A stretch of DNA of 60,201 nucleotides, filler included, from Catajapyx aquilonaris (Eukaryota): assembly GCA_000934665.2 (NCBI GenBank). It is 3 parts of 3 records of this genome, joined end to end, with 100 filler letters (N's around TTAATTAATTAA, not from the genome) between each part and the next. Parts side by side here need not be neighbours in the genome. Positions count along the whole stretch, not along the records: positions 20,231 to 40,165 come from JYFJ02006360.1; 2 more parts are not named here. One strand, given 5' to 3'. The notes below the pieces were generated by a model. The model saw only the letters and a program-made list of their open reading frames with translations, had not been told where the DNA came from and made no database searches. Positions 25,201-38,044 of this stretch are shown one piece after another (position 1 is the stretch's first letter; each line of letters starts with the position of its first letter). A program made the position numbers and the translations under genes.

Positions 25201-27378
25201 GTTATAATAACTCTTGATAAAAGAAGCGCTGAGTCCGTTTATATGAGCAAGAGAGCGTGATGCTGTGGTGGGCGTCAGTGATGATGACATTGACTTTGCC
25301 AATGAATTCTCCGACGCCTATAGCTCTATAGTCTATGGTCTATAGAGAGTCCAGTTACCCCATAATGAACCAAAGGATAGCTCCCAATTTGTGAGTGAAG
25401 TCATGTATCAATAACCTTTTGATGTAATAATTGGGACATGTGATCTTTGTTGATTATTATTTTCCATGACTTTCATGGAAGCCAGAAGCTGCGTGCCACC
25501 CTTTAACCTCGTATGCATACTGTACAATTACGTTCATTTAATCATTTCCCGTAATAGAAGGTATATAGACTATAATTATTTCCACAGCACTTGTCTCACT
25601 TCATGGATGGATTTTGCAAATGTGACAGCGTGTACTCCGTTTAGGAGTGCACGTTGTCACATTTGCCCTGCTCTTCTTGAGGACACTTCAGTTTTATTTT
25701 CTCTCTTTCCCAAAGGTAGAAGTTACTTGCCTTATGCAAATGCTGACATACACATGGCAGCACTCTCTGACTGTATAGTTGAGCAGAGCGTGATACGTTG
25801 TAGTAATTTAAATATTAGAAGTAATTGAGCCTTTAATGTCATGGCACAATATTAATTTTCAGATAGATGTAGGGATGACAATGCGAACCGATACGACTCC
25901 TCATAATTGCATGTATTCACTTTCGATGCGGGTGATATACTATACAATAATGTTTACTCGTTATTAGCCTACACATCATACGTCCAAAATACATAATGAT
26001 GCGATTTCTTAGCACTTCAGATGGTTTTGCATGCCTCATAGGCCTACCTGGTCACTAGGAAGTGTACTATAAATGCTTCCTGTTCCATTGAAAGGCCAGT
26101 CATATCCTGATGGGACAAGCCCGCCGTTAGATATCACTTATGGTTTTGTGACGAATAATAATAATCAATCTAACTCGAACATGCGTGCGACCGCAGATGA
26201 CTAAGAGACCGCAGATGATGTATTCCGTTCGACGTATGGTGACGTGAGGGGGACACACTGACAGTGCCAAATGTATTGTTGGATTGATGACGGTTGCACC
26301 GCTCAGATCGGCTTACTCATGGCTTGCATTGCGAATGGATTATGACACTTGCTGTATGGCCCCGTGTGTCAAGTCAATTGAAACGAATGACATCTGGCTC
26401 TAGATAGAGTGACTCACCTACCAGGCAAATATTTTAACTTTTCCCCCATTGTATAATCAAGTTTTTTTTTTCTAATACCATAACCAGAGTTTTTTCGGTG
26501 TAGACGCATTTAATTGGTATTATGTAGTCTGTTTATATTAATAACAGTTACTTAGATCAATACTTAAAACTCTCGTCTGGATAGGGTAACTGTTGTATAA
26601 TTTTAAAGTTTTATTATGAGTTATTATTGTAATTACCCAATGGGTGAGTTACTTCCGATGTCCAGACAAGGGCCCACAATGGACACTTTCCTGTGCAGTA
26701 TTATCCTGTCATCAAAATCAAAATGATGACTTCTTACCTTCTGAAGAGTGAAACATGTTCCGCAGATAGTGGCATTCAAGGATATGTGCAAAAGCTTGTC
26801 CTCAAAAGTAAAGGCACAGTACTGTACCGTACTGCTGTACGGCAAGAAGTCCTCGAGTAATGCAGTGAATTATTGAGTAAGACGGCAAAATGACCTGGTT
26901 TCTTAACATCTGCGTAATGTGACGAAGATTATAATGTATTGATACAGTAGCTATTTGTAATGGAACTGATATTGCATGCGACTGAATGGCTCTTTACACC
27001 TCAGGTTTGAAGTCATCACAAGTATCATTGAAAATGATCGACAGGCATGTAGTGTAAAACAGAATTGCGTTAACTTATAATTACTGTTCAGAGTATACTT
27101 GTTTCTAAATGATTAATTGATGTGTCATACTGGACAAGCTTATATTCTTTATTACATATAGTGCAATTATCTTACAGCTAAAGTTAAATAATGTACAAGA
27201 TTGTTTCAAAGGGAGGGCATGATGTGGCAATACGTATTTAAATATCTTTCGTAAAATAGCACATTGGCCTAATACTCTGTAAGGTGCACTTCACAATGTG
27301 GTATTTAAAATACTGACTGCCGTATACTATCAGGTACAGTACCATATGTTGAAGTGTTTTAAAATGCTCTTTTTAAAA

Positions 27379-30300
27379 TTACTGCGCCGGTTTTGCCATT
27401 ACTGTACCACGAACTTCGACTTCATCTTTGTGACTAGGTGGCGATGAATTCAACAAAGAATCCCCCAATCCTTCTTCTACAACATTTTGTGTAACTGCCT
27501 CTTTATTTTTATGGTGTCCTTTGTAATTGGCAAAGTAATCTTCAATGTCTCGAAGCGACTTCCCTCTGGTCTCAGGTAGCCAAAAGATTGAAACCAAGCA
27601 GCCAAACATTGACACTGCTGCATACGTCCAAAAGAGAGGCGCCATGCCCATCAGATGGACCAAGTACGGATATGACTTAACAGAAGAAAATATTAAAATG
27701 TATCCAACGGTGGTGGTAGCGCTGCCCATAACCCCTCGGACATCCAGTGGGTACAGTTCTCCCATGAGGAACCAAGGAACCGTACCAACCCCTGGCGTAA
27801 AGAAGCAGACAAATGCAACGAGAGCAGCTGCTGGGAACCACTTGGCCGGAAGCTCCCCTCCCGAAGCTTCGTCCAAATGGATGTAGATGCCTAAAGCCAC
27901 CAGTGCCAGGCTCATCAGAAACGTGGACAAGATAGTGATGGGTCGGATTCCAACTCTTCGCAAGATGAAAGTGGTCGCCATAGTCAGGAGGAGTCGCAAA
28001 ACTGCAGTCAGAATGGCCATTGTAGACTTGTCGACATCACCTGCATGAAATAATTTAGTACATTATTCATACGGTTTCTATATTATTCGGACATCACGAT
28101 ACTCTGTTATACCTGACGAGTGAATGTTACTAGTCCAAAACTCCAAATCATTCTGAAGTTTTCACCATTGCGTAACAGACGAGTGTTATGTACTGAGACG
28201 AGTTAATATGTTTTTGACAATGTTCCTTACCTGCAGCAGCAGAGAAGAGATCGACTGCGTAGAAAATGACGACGAAACCTCCGGAAAACTGCATCGTGAA
28301 GAAGAGAGCGACAAGGATTCCAAAAGGTCTCCAGACTCCAGGAGAACGAATTCTTCTCATCACATGTCGGAGGCCCTTCTTCTTCTTCAGTTTCTGAGCC
28401 TCTGGACTTCCGCTTCCTGTGCTTAAAATGAGCGTCAGTTCCTGCTGTACGTCATAGTGCTTGCCTCGGAGTCGTCTCAGAGAATTTTCTGCATCTTGGG
28501 AGCGTCCTTTCGAGGCCAGCCAGGAAGGAGTTTCAGGCAAGGTGCAGGCGGCCAGGATAAGCAGAAGAGTGGGCACCAGACCACACAAGCCTGCCACTAT
28601 CCTCCAGGGCAACCACACTCCCAGCAGGTAGACTATGAGTGTTCCAAGAGCAACGCTCACGGCACCTGTTGATCCTGACATGCCTTTCAAGTGAGCCTCT
28701 GCCGCTTCTGAGAGGTAGATCTGATAGTACAATTTGCGTTATTGATAAGGCTCAGCTTCCACCATCACCTTATCCTGACTTACCTGAGTGGCACCTGACC
28801 CGAACCCAACCGCTATTCCCCCGATGGCTCTTCCAGCATAGATTGTAGGCAGGTTTTGAGCAGCAGCCACAGTGATCCAACCCACTAGTGCAGGAATGGT
28901 GGCCACCATGATGGTTCTTCTGCGACCCAAGCCGTCTGTGGATATTGCACCCAGCATGGAGCCAAGAAATGCAGACAGGACTGCTGTGCTGGCTGAAAAG
29001 CATGATTAATTATTGTGGGATCTTATTAAAAACAGGGTGAGACTTGCAGTATGTGTACTATGTAAGATACTGGCACCGTTACAATAATTTATTGTAAGGC
29101 ATATGTACTTGCCAACCCAAGAGCCTTCTTCTTCGTTTGCATGCATTACGGGATCATCCCTCAGTTGTGGCAAAATTACTCCTGAGAAGCCCAGGGTGAG
29201 CCCAACGTTGATGGTGCATAGGTCAGTCGTGAAGATGGCTCGCAACTATTCAAATGTAGAAAATGAAGGATTAATATGGTGAAGGCGACTTTGTAAAACA
29301 TTACAAGACAGTTTGTATCATTATTCATTATATCGCTATTAAATAAATGCTTCGGAAATGGGAGTTATTGGACGATTCAGTATTTTCAGGAGCTTATTAA
29401 TCCACACTGACGTTCCACGTTTACCGGCACCTTGTTATCGTCGTTACGTGACAATTGATTTTGCTAAGATCTCAGCCGATAGCGGTTAAATCTGGTTAGT
29501 TTGGCAATGAGACAAGGTATTCAGTGGTATGGTTATGAAGTTTTGAAATGAAGAACGATGAGAGTAGCATTTGCCCCAGTGACGTATTTAGGTTTTTGCC
29601 GCCCCTATAGGCATAGCCTTATCTGCGCACCCCCCCCCNCACTAATGGCTGACTTTTAGGTCCGAGATTGGGGAAATCACGAAATTTGCTGATTCCAAGG
29701 CCAAATATCTCGAAAATGGTTATTTCAAATAATTTGAAATTTTGGTCATGGATACTCCTACTAGTACTAAGCAAAATCCAGTGAATTTCAACTTGCTCCA
29801 AGGTGAATCGGCCGATGCCCAGACCAGTAAGGGCGAAAGTTGCGTGTAGATCCAGCACAGATCCCCACTGTCCGTAGGGGGGAAGGGTGCACGCGACTTT
29901 CGCCCTTACTGGTCTCGGGCATCGGGCGAATCATCTTGGGGTGGCACATGAACAGTGACGCCATGTATTAGTACATATGTTCGCATTCGTCAAAATTTTC
30001 TCCTCCATAAAATTTTCCGCCTCCATGACATTTGCCGCCCCCTAAAATTTTCCGTCCTAGGCACGTGCTTACTCGGCCTATTAGGTAATACACCCCTGGT
30101 TTGGCCAATATTTAGTTAGGGATTGTTTGAGTGTTAAGAAATCCTTCAAATCAGTTTTATGATGTAGAGATAACAGCATCAAAGATAAATATTTCAACAA
30201 TGGATAATGCAATCTTCAAACGCTCGTATATGAAAAAATCAGTCAAATGTGACTGATTCTTAATCTCAGGTTTTCATGTGGGTTATGAATCTCAAGACTT

Positions 30301-31160
30301 ACATTGAAAATCAACTAGACATAATTGTGCAGCCATTTGCTGAATTACTAGAATATGTTAAATTAATTGATCCAGGGATATCCTAACGAACATCGCATTG
30401 CCTGACGTAATATACACCCCAATTAATTCCTCAAGGGCACACGCGGTGCAGGGACAGTATATACTACGTAATAATAATACAGGATGTTTCAACTGTTTTG
30501 TCCGAGCAGTTATCGGAAGTATTGCACTAAGCTGCTACTTTGTAAGCAGTGTATGCCACTTCAACCTAAGATTCGCAGGGAATATTCCCCATTCCTCCGA
30601 CAAACCGGTTGCAAGTCACTGCTTACAAAGTAGCAGCTTATAGTGCAATATTTCCTATAACTGTTCGGACAAAAAGTTGAAACACCCTGTATAATAAATG
30701 TAATAACACCATTGTAAAACTACCTAATAATATAATGTGAATTCACCGATGAGCCAAAACCATCTTGCCAAAACACATTATTACCATCTAATGTGATGTT
30801 GATTCTCCTCTAACCGTATCACATATTAAGGAGCTGGTCATAGTTTTGGCTGATTAGTGTATTAAACCTAATAATATGTGTAAAAATTCCAGGCCACAGC
30901 CACATGGCTGAAATAGTTTACGTCAATCCGCTGCGGTATTGGCATGCAGACTAATTTTTCCTGCGATCCGTGGTTAGTTTTAATTCTCCATGCTTCTCAT
31001 ACAGTAACGCTGTCATACTATTCAACATTCTTTGTCTCACCTGAGGCCATATGACGCCCTTGCGTGGTTTACTATTCGATGAAAGACATTCCTTCGTGTG
31101 ACCGTTCAACGCAGGACCCCTCTCTCCATTCGTCTCCGATGAGGGCGACGGAGAATCCAT
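27379..31160 (-). CDS. Tret1/GLUT-like MFS sugar porter, paralog B (complete, 537 aa)
   Basis: Exons 31160-31041, 29245-29113, 28992-28784, 28720-28231 and 28040-27379 (1614 nt). Motifs DGLGRR, YLSE, PETPSWL, PWFLMGELYP, PETRGKSL. Intron 2 has a GC donor. Confidence 0.92.
29577..30098. mobile_element. hAT-type MITE in intron 1 of paralog B
   Basis: CAGTGACGTATT ... AATACACCCCTG termini, TTTGCCGCCCC subterminal repeats, degenerate 8-bp TSD (ATTTGCCC / GTTTGGCC), internal hairpin at ~29797-29938. Confidence 0.75.
30480..30689. mobile_element. Palindromic Tc1/mariner-type MITE
   Basis: TA|CAGGATGTTTCAACT ... AGTTGAAACACCCTG|TA, inverted arms of about 70 bp. Confidence 0.88.
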
Positions 31161-32524
31161 AACTGGTAGAATATCCTCTCAGTTCACTCTCACCCTCTTG
31201 CATAAATTAACCGACCCTACAATGACAAGCAAGTGGGGTTAAGTAAGGAATACTGCTCAAGTCATGCAGATGATCCTTTTCCGTACCCAAGGAGGACTGC
31301 CCGAGTTGAAATAACCTTGGTGTGATATGCGCCACCTAATGGCAATCACCGGATCCGTAGAGATTCTGGACCACATGCGCAGCACACCTTTCCAACGCAC
31401 ACGAGAGAACCTTTTTGCCGTAGAGCAGCAAACAAGGTCGTTTCCACTCCCCTTCTGCTGCGTTGCCACATAGGATGCATTTTACTTGTGTGATGGATCA
31501 CGAAATTGAGATTGCGGATTCATTACGTGTCGTTATCAGGACGTAAGCAATGTATTTACCGATACCTCAGCAGGCCAGGCATGAGTATCTCGCGTAAGTT
31601 CAGGTGAACGATCATTTATTTCAGTGTAATGCAAAGATTTTCTTTCAATATGAAATAAATGAATATTCCATGATTGCAATGTGTCAACGACATGCTGAGT
31701 TTAGCATTATCTGGCCACTTCCTGCATCGTGACTACTGGCTTAGTAATATTTGCGGAGCAGGCATGTGAGGATGATACTGTGGTACTAACTTATGTGTTC
31801 ATCGATGCATTGCACGTAATATGCTTTATTAACTGGATAATAACTGAAAACTAAATACTCTGTACCCTATATTTTTTACTTAAAGCACCGTTTCGTCATA
31901 TATGAGTACAATTGACCCACATTATCTGATGGCTGATAGCAACAAGGAATACTATTTTTTTCTCTCTCTCTGTTGAATTTTTGATACGATACTAAAACCT
32001 ATTTTTTAATGGGCCAGCTGCATCTGTTTGGTTTCTTATATGTTTGGCCGCGTCATTATGCAATGTCAAACGTACAGTGCATTGTTATATGTCTGGGCTA
32101 CGTGTATACTTTTTTCAGACATTTTTTTGAGGTAATCTCGTAATCAGTCACCAGTTGTCGTAAGCTTGATGCTAATCTTTATTCAGTTTAGCTTCAGTAA
32201 ATGTGTCAGATATCTTGCAATGACGTCCTGCTGGATTCAGTGCTTCGTAATCCTGATGCTCGAAGTCCACTAGAGATTCGCCATTTACTCGCTTCTTGCT
32301 TCCTCCTTCAGGAAAGGAATAAAAATCGTGATATTGCACATGTTTTAAAATTAAGATACAGACACTTTATCAGTATCTTCTATGGTACAAAAATGTCACA
32401 ATTACTGGTATAAAGCTACCTTCCCCTGTCATATTCGAGTTGCGCTTTGACTGTACTTGAAATAATTGAGCTAAATATTGTATTGATATTCCGAGGTTCC
32501 ATTCCTAATGTATTACAGCCAGTA

Positions 32525-32938
32525 CAGTACCCTGCATTAATGGCCATGCACAGACACCGCCATCTAGCGGGAAAGAGTGGAAGTAGATGAAGTTGGCTGC
32601 GTCCAAAATACTTGGGACAGCTCAAGGCTTCTCACGAGTCCGCTCAAGGCTGCTCAAGACATCACGGTGGATTAACAGGCATTCACGTGGTACGTGTAAT
32701 AACTGGTTCACAACCTCAATACATTGATAGGAATCGCAATGGCCTTATAATATTCATCCCACAGATATATCTGTGATCCGCAGTGATCCATCTTTGTAGC
32801 AAGCCGCTAGCAAGCGTTTGAATCAACCGCGATATCTTGAGCTGTCCAAGTATTTTGGACGCAGTCCACCGGCGCCTCATTCCGCTCGTTCTTGGACAGA
32901 TGGCGATGTCTGTGCATGGCCATTAATGCAGGGTACTG
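32525..32938. mobile_element. Tc1-type MITE
   Basis: TA|CAGTACCCTGCATTAATGGCCATGCACAGACA and its exact complement at the right end; arms of about 100 bp. Confidence 0.9.
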
Positions 32939-33320
32939 TACAAAACTTTTGGTCGGGTACTCTGCGGCACCAAATGATCCGTTAATAAGACGACTTTTAG
33001 CAGAACTCAAGAATACACTTTGAGAAGGATAGCATTGACATCGATATCAAATATTGATAAGACGTGGGGTAGCGTGTACACATGTTATAACAACGATAAA
33101 TATGGCTATAGGTAATACAAAACTGCAACGCAGCCATTACTACTGGATATACCCTAGTAGTGATATAAGGAAGGTCTTTGAAGTTAGTCTACTTATCATG
33201 CATCTCCTCTGAAGCAAAAATAATTATACTATACGTAAATAGTTTAGGGCTACTACTTATTACTGTAATTAAATAAGGTCTGCTGGTTTTCTTCTCATAA
33301 CCTGGTTCGGTCTTATGATT

Positions 33321-36300
33321 TTAAAAAGTGAGGGGTACAATTATTACAACCTTACCTGAAAGTGGCCGCCTCTGGTGTTGGTCTTCTTGAATGTCTTCCA
33401 GGGTCCGGCCATCAGTTTCAGGAACGAAGCAGTATGACACTACAGTCCCCATCACAGCGACTGAAGCGTAGAAAGCAAATAGGCCATGAGTGCCCATGAT
33501 CCGTATTGAAGCGGGAAAGCTCTTGGCTGCTGCAAAGTACAGCAGGCAATTGGCACAGTTGGCAGCGGAACTCATGATTCCACGGGTGCTCAGGGGAAAC
33601 AGTTCTCCCAGTAAAATCCAAGGAACTGTCAAGAATCCTGGGATTCCGAAGATGATGGTCAACCACACGGCTGCTGCTGGAACCCATCGCCATCCCAGAC
33701 TCTGTTCGGGGCCGTCCATGTACGTGTATGCACTCAAAATGGCCAGTGATATCGTCAGGAACACTCCGGAACAAACCAGAAGAGATTTCTTGCTGAAAAA
33801 TAATATCCGGTTATGATGCAAATTGTTGAGGGAATTTCACTGAAAATGTCTGTTAGTTCCGTACCTAAATCTATGAAGAAGAAGTGTGGAAGCCACGTTT
33901 ATGACCACTTGAATTCCAGCTACAACGAGAGCTGCCGTGTTGTGGTCTACCTGACTGCCCAGTTGCTGGAATAGGTCCAAGGCGTATGACAGTATCGCAG
34001 CAGTTCCAGTAAATTGGTGCACAAAAAACAGGACAGTAAGCAGGGTGAATCGACGTATCGTTCTCATAGAAAGCAGTTGGCTGGTCAGATTTCCCCTCAT
34101 GCTTTTTACTTGTTGTTTCAATTTGTTATTGGAGACGATGATGGCCTGAATCTCATCGGATGCACCGGTTTTGGTGCCGCGGAATTTGAGCAGGGATGCT
34201 TCAGCTTCCTCAAGACGATTTTTGGACACGAGCCAGCCAGGTGTTTCAGGCAGGCACATCAGAAGAATCATGAGTGCCAGCGGAAGAAGTGATGCAGAGG
34301 CAGACACTATCCTCCAAGGAAGAAGAATACCCATGGAGTAAGCCATTAACACGCCCAGGTTCCAGCACAAAGTTCCGGTGGAACCGACCAGAGAACGGAT
34401 GCGAACTTCAGCTATCTCTGAAATGTACAACTGTCAAAGGAGAAAAAGAAATATACTGTAATGCAATCTCCTATACAGAATAATTTACAATTTCAAGAAA
34501 AATCTTAACCTGCTTGACGGAAGCTTGGAGAGTTCCAATGCCTACTAAGAATCTTCCTGCAAGGATGGTGGCCACATTCGGTGCTGCAGCCATGAGACCC
34601 CAGCCCAACAGGGACGAAATGCTTCCCAATGTCATCGTACCCTTTCGGCCGAGGTAATCACCTACCCAGCAGCTCAAGAGGCAGCCACAAATGCCACCCA
34701 AGGCAGGAAGACTTGCTATAGGACAAGCCCTCATTTAGTACCATGCATGCAGTTTCACGATCATAGCTTGCTGACAGGAGGATTGTTCGGATTTTATTTT
34801 ATATACAGTAACTTACACGAAGTTTGTTCAGTATATAGCCTACATACCAATCCAAGAAGAATCCTCCTCGGAAGCCTGTATTGAAGGGTCGTTTCTGAGC
34901 TGGGGCAAGCAAACTCCTGGAAAACCTCCCGAAAATCCAGAGTTGATTGCAGACAAATCTACCACAAAGGTGGCCCATATCTGAGAGATAAAAAAGAATC
35001 ACGCCTTATTTGTTTGGGAAATGGTGTGATTTCCTACTCTGAATAATGCAAGAAATAACCTGCGTGTAATTACTTCAAGTAATACCTTACGTATTAGGGA
35101 CAGCCTTCAGCTCTTGGCAAGTTCTCTTTCACATTTAAGTGCAAGTAAAATAGTGTACAAAAAATCATAGTGTAAATAATGACATAAACAGTCACGGGAA
35201 CAGCTTTTTAGCCCTTGACATTATTTTTGAAAAGAGTGCACCAGAGATCTCTTGCACCTATACGTAATGATTTTAGTGTAGTCTATAACTCACAGAATTG
35301 TCATCATGTGTTATTAGGGTTACACCTTTCTACAGGAGAGTCTATATTTTTCTTGTTTACAATTGGCGGGGGCTACTCAATGTGATGGGAATGGTAGGGC
35401 GCGGTTGCTGACATTTTATACTGTCAGAAAACTGCTTGAGAAAGGCGGTGTGATGATAATACTGGGTCAAGGTCAATGGGAACCGGAAATTAAAGAAACT
35501 AGAACAATCGCAAAGATCAAGAGCGTAGGTGACGCTGACATGCAGTTCCTTGAGTGATTTTGTCGCTATTCAAAGGTGTTACATGAATCTTCCACTGTGG
35601 CACCAATGTCATAATCAAAAATGTTGATAAGATGCAGAAGTACAAATGTTATCAGTAGAAAAATTATAATGTAGTAGATATAATAAATCAAATGATAAGG
35701 AGAGAGATGCACTGCACTGTAGTAGATATAGTAGTACAGAGCTAAGCGTGTGATACATCTAAAGTCAAATTAAGTTATGTTTCATCAACTGCCACTGAAT
35801 TTTTAGCTCATTGTGATAGAAAGCTTGCGTTGAGGAGTAAGATTATTTTTCCATTTTGCAGTGTGCCCTAAATCCAGTTTTGACAAACACTGAGATGTCT
35901 GCGGTTTCTGTTATAACTCTTGGCCTGGGTGCATAGAATTGCAGCTATTAAATAATACGTTTTCCCAATAACTGTCACAGGCATTAGGGCAGGTAAATTG
36001 AATTCTTCACTATGTAGCAGAAAAACGTCGATTTTCTCAATCCCAAAGAAGGTGGTTTTAAGACACTTTGCAAGTGGACTCTTCATTTGTGACACATTTT
36101 TAATAGACTACAACATGGTATAATCTCTATCATAATCATGGTAATCAGGTTATGATTGGGACTTTTGATTTAATAATTAAATCAAAAGTCCCAATCATAA
36201 CCTGATTACCATGATTATTAAATAATAATAATAAAATTCTGGGCTTCGTGATTATTCACTAGAGTCGATGTTAGCATAAATTAATAGTAAGACATACAAT

Positions 36301-36895
36301 TTATTGGGATATTTGAAAATTGCTTGCATGCTAGTATTATTAAAATTCAGCGGGGAGGTGTGGTGGCCGTGATGGTAACGTCACGGCTTGCTGAGTGAAA
36401 GGCCCCAGGTTCGATCCCCGCCTGGGGAACTTTCCTTTCACCTGCGTCAGGAGGGTCTCTGACCTGCACCAAGGAGGTGTCTGGCAACCTAACCTCCTGG
36501 GGGACAGCACATGACCCATTTGTTGACATTGCACTTGCACCTATGTTCCCTCCCCAATAAATCCCTATCCTTACCCCATGTCCTTTCGTCCTTGCACCGG
36601 AGTTGGAAGAAAAATATAGAAAAGCGAACGAAAAAATGGTGGTGTCCCACTCCCCTATAAGGGCCTATGGCCCTATAACGGGGTATATATAAAAAAAAAT
36701 ATTAAAATTCTCATTGAACTTGTTTCTCGCTGTTTTTTGACTTCATATATGCACAACAAACAACATGAAATTAAAAATGAGGAAAATGATATGATACTAA
36801 ACCTGGAACCACAGCGCTCGTCGTTCGGACCCAGATGATCTGGATGGAGATACTTCAGAGACTTCTATCTCGCATGTATCCTCCGGTTCCTTCAT
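33321..36895 (-). CDS. Tret1/GLUT-like MFS sugar porter, paralog C (complete)
   Basis: Exons 36895-36803, 34980-34848, 34715-34510, 34430-33865 and 33792-33321 (a donor at 33355 may add a short terminal exon). Motifs DYLGRK, YISEIA, PETPGWL, PWILLGELFP, PETDGRTL. Confidence 0.9.
36132..36218. repeat. Perfect palindrome, 43-bp arms with 1-nt centre
   Basis: 36132-36174 is the exact reverse complement of 36176-36218. Confidence 0.92.
36349..36699 (+). mobile_element. tRNA-derived SINE, family 1 (full length)
   Basis: A box TGGCCGTGATGG, B box GGTTCGATCCC, A-rich tail, 11-bp TSD TATTAAAATTC (36338-36348 and 36700-36710). Lies in intron 1 of paralog C. Confidence 0.9.
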
Positions 36896-37345
36896 GGTAA
36901 AATGTTTCTTGTGCAGAATGGAGCCAGAATTCACTCTCGATCTGTATCTATGCACGAGCACACTTGCAAAGTGAAGAGGTTTAGCCTCATCGTGGGCGTA
37001 ACAACCTTGCCTTCTGCGTGAAAGGAAAGGTGGGCCGAATTTACTGTAGATTGCATAATACACATGTGACAGCAGCTTAAACCCCTGCTTCTTGGGTACA
37101 AAAAAGTGCCACCGAATGTTAGAGGGCAACGCCTTGATCACCAAGGACAACCTGGAGAGAGTCGGATGAAATACAAGTTAGTGCTAGTTACTAAATCTTA
37201 TGGCCGGGCGAAATAAGGAGAAATTCATACTCCGAGGGTGAATTCCATGATTTAATTGAAAATGAATATTCATTTTCAAATCTACGACCCGGTGCAAGGC
37301 AAATAACGAGTAAGTTAGTAATTAAGTCTGAAATTGATACATGTA

Positions 37346-37557
37346 CCCCCGCGAGCATAAAGATGGAGACGGCAGGCCCTTTTTTGACCTTTCTTTATCC
37401 GACTCAAATTAATGAACTATTTTTTGGACCGAGTTTGCTGCTTCAAGCGTGTGTCCGTGTATTTATGACAGTATATTTGATACCGTAATTGCTGAGATTG
37501 ACAGAGCAGCCTGCCGAAGGTGAGGGCCGGCCGTCTCCATCTTTATGCTCGCGAGTG
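37346..37557. mobile_element. Tc1-type MITE
   Basis: TA|CCCCCGCGAGCATAAAGATGGAGACGGC ... GCCGTCTCCATCTTTATGCTCGCGAGTG|TA. Confidence 0.85.
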
Positions 37558-38044
37558 TACATGGTTAATATGGGAGGCTAATGGCACAATATATTGTGGC
37601 CTGTTGTTCAATTGACTGCTTACAATAGTTAAACAAAAGCGGAAAGTAAATAAGCGGAGATTTCCTCGAATGTTACCGCTCAGATGTTACTTAGTTCGAA
37701 TGTGTGAGATTACGTCTAATAACGTAAGTGTTGATCGAATTGCTGTGAAATAGAAGGTACCAGGTAATTGGCCATTCATAGCATGATTAAGTTCAGTGTA
37801 ATGCTATTGGATAAGTTTCAGCCCGTCAGGGTGTCTGCTGAAGGTCAGATTTATTAACAACTGCAGGCGATAAAAGTCAATGGAAGAATCAAGCTCTGTT
37901 TTACATCCATAATTACAATAGAAATATGGCCCTTTGTTACAACCAATAAACAAAATGAAATTATGTATCACATCAGTAAATCACCACCACAATTACTATA
38001 GTATACCATAGTACAGAATATCGTTAGTGACAGAATTGTGCGGA

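Noticed and set aside
36349..36430. tRNA genes at the SINE heads
   Set aside because: A/B boxes are followed by a SINE body, tail and TSD, and I could not build a convincing cloverleaf.
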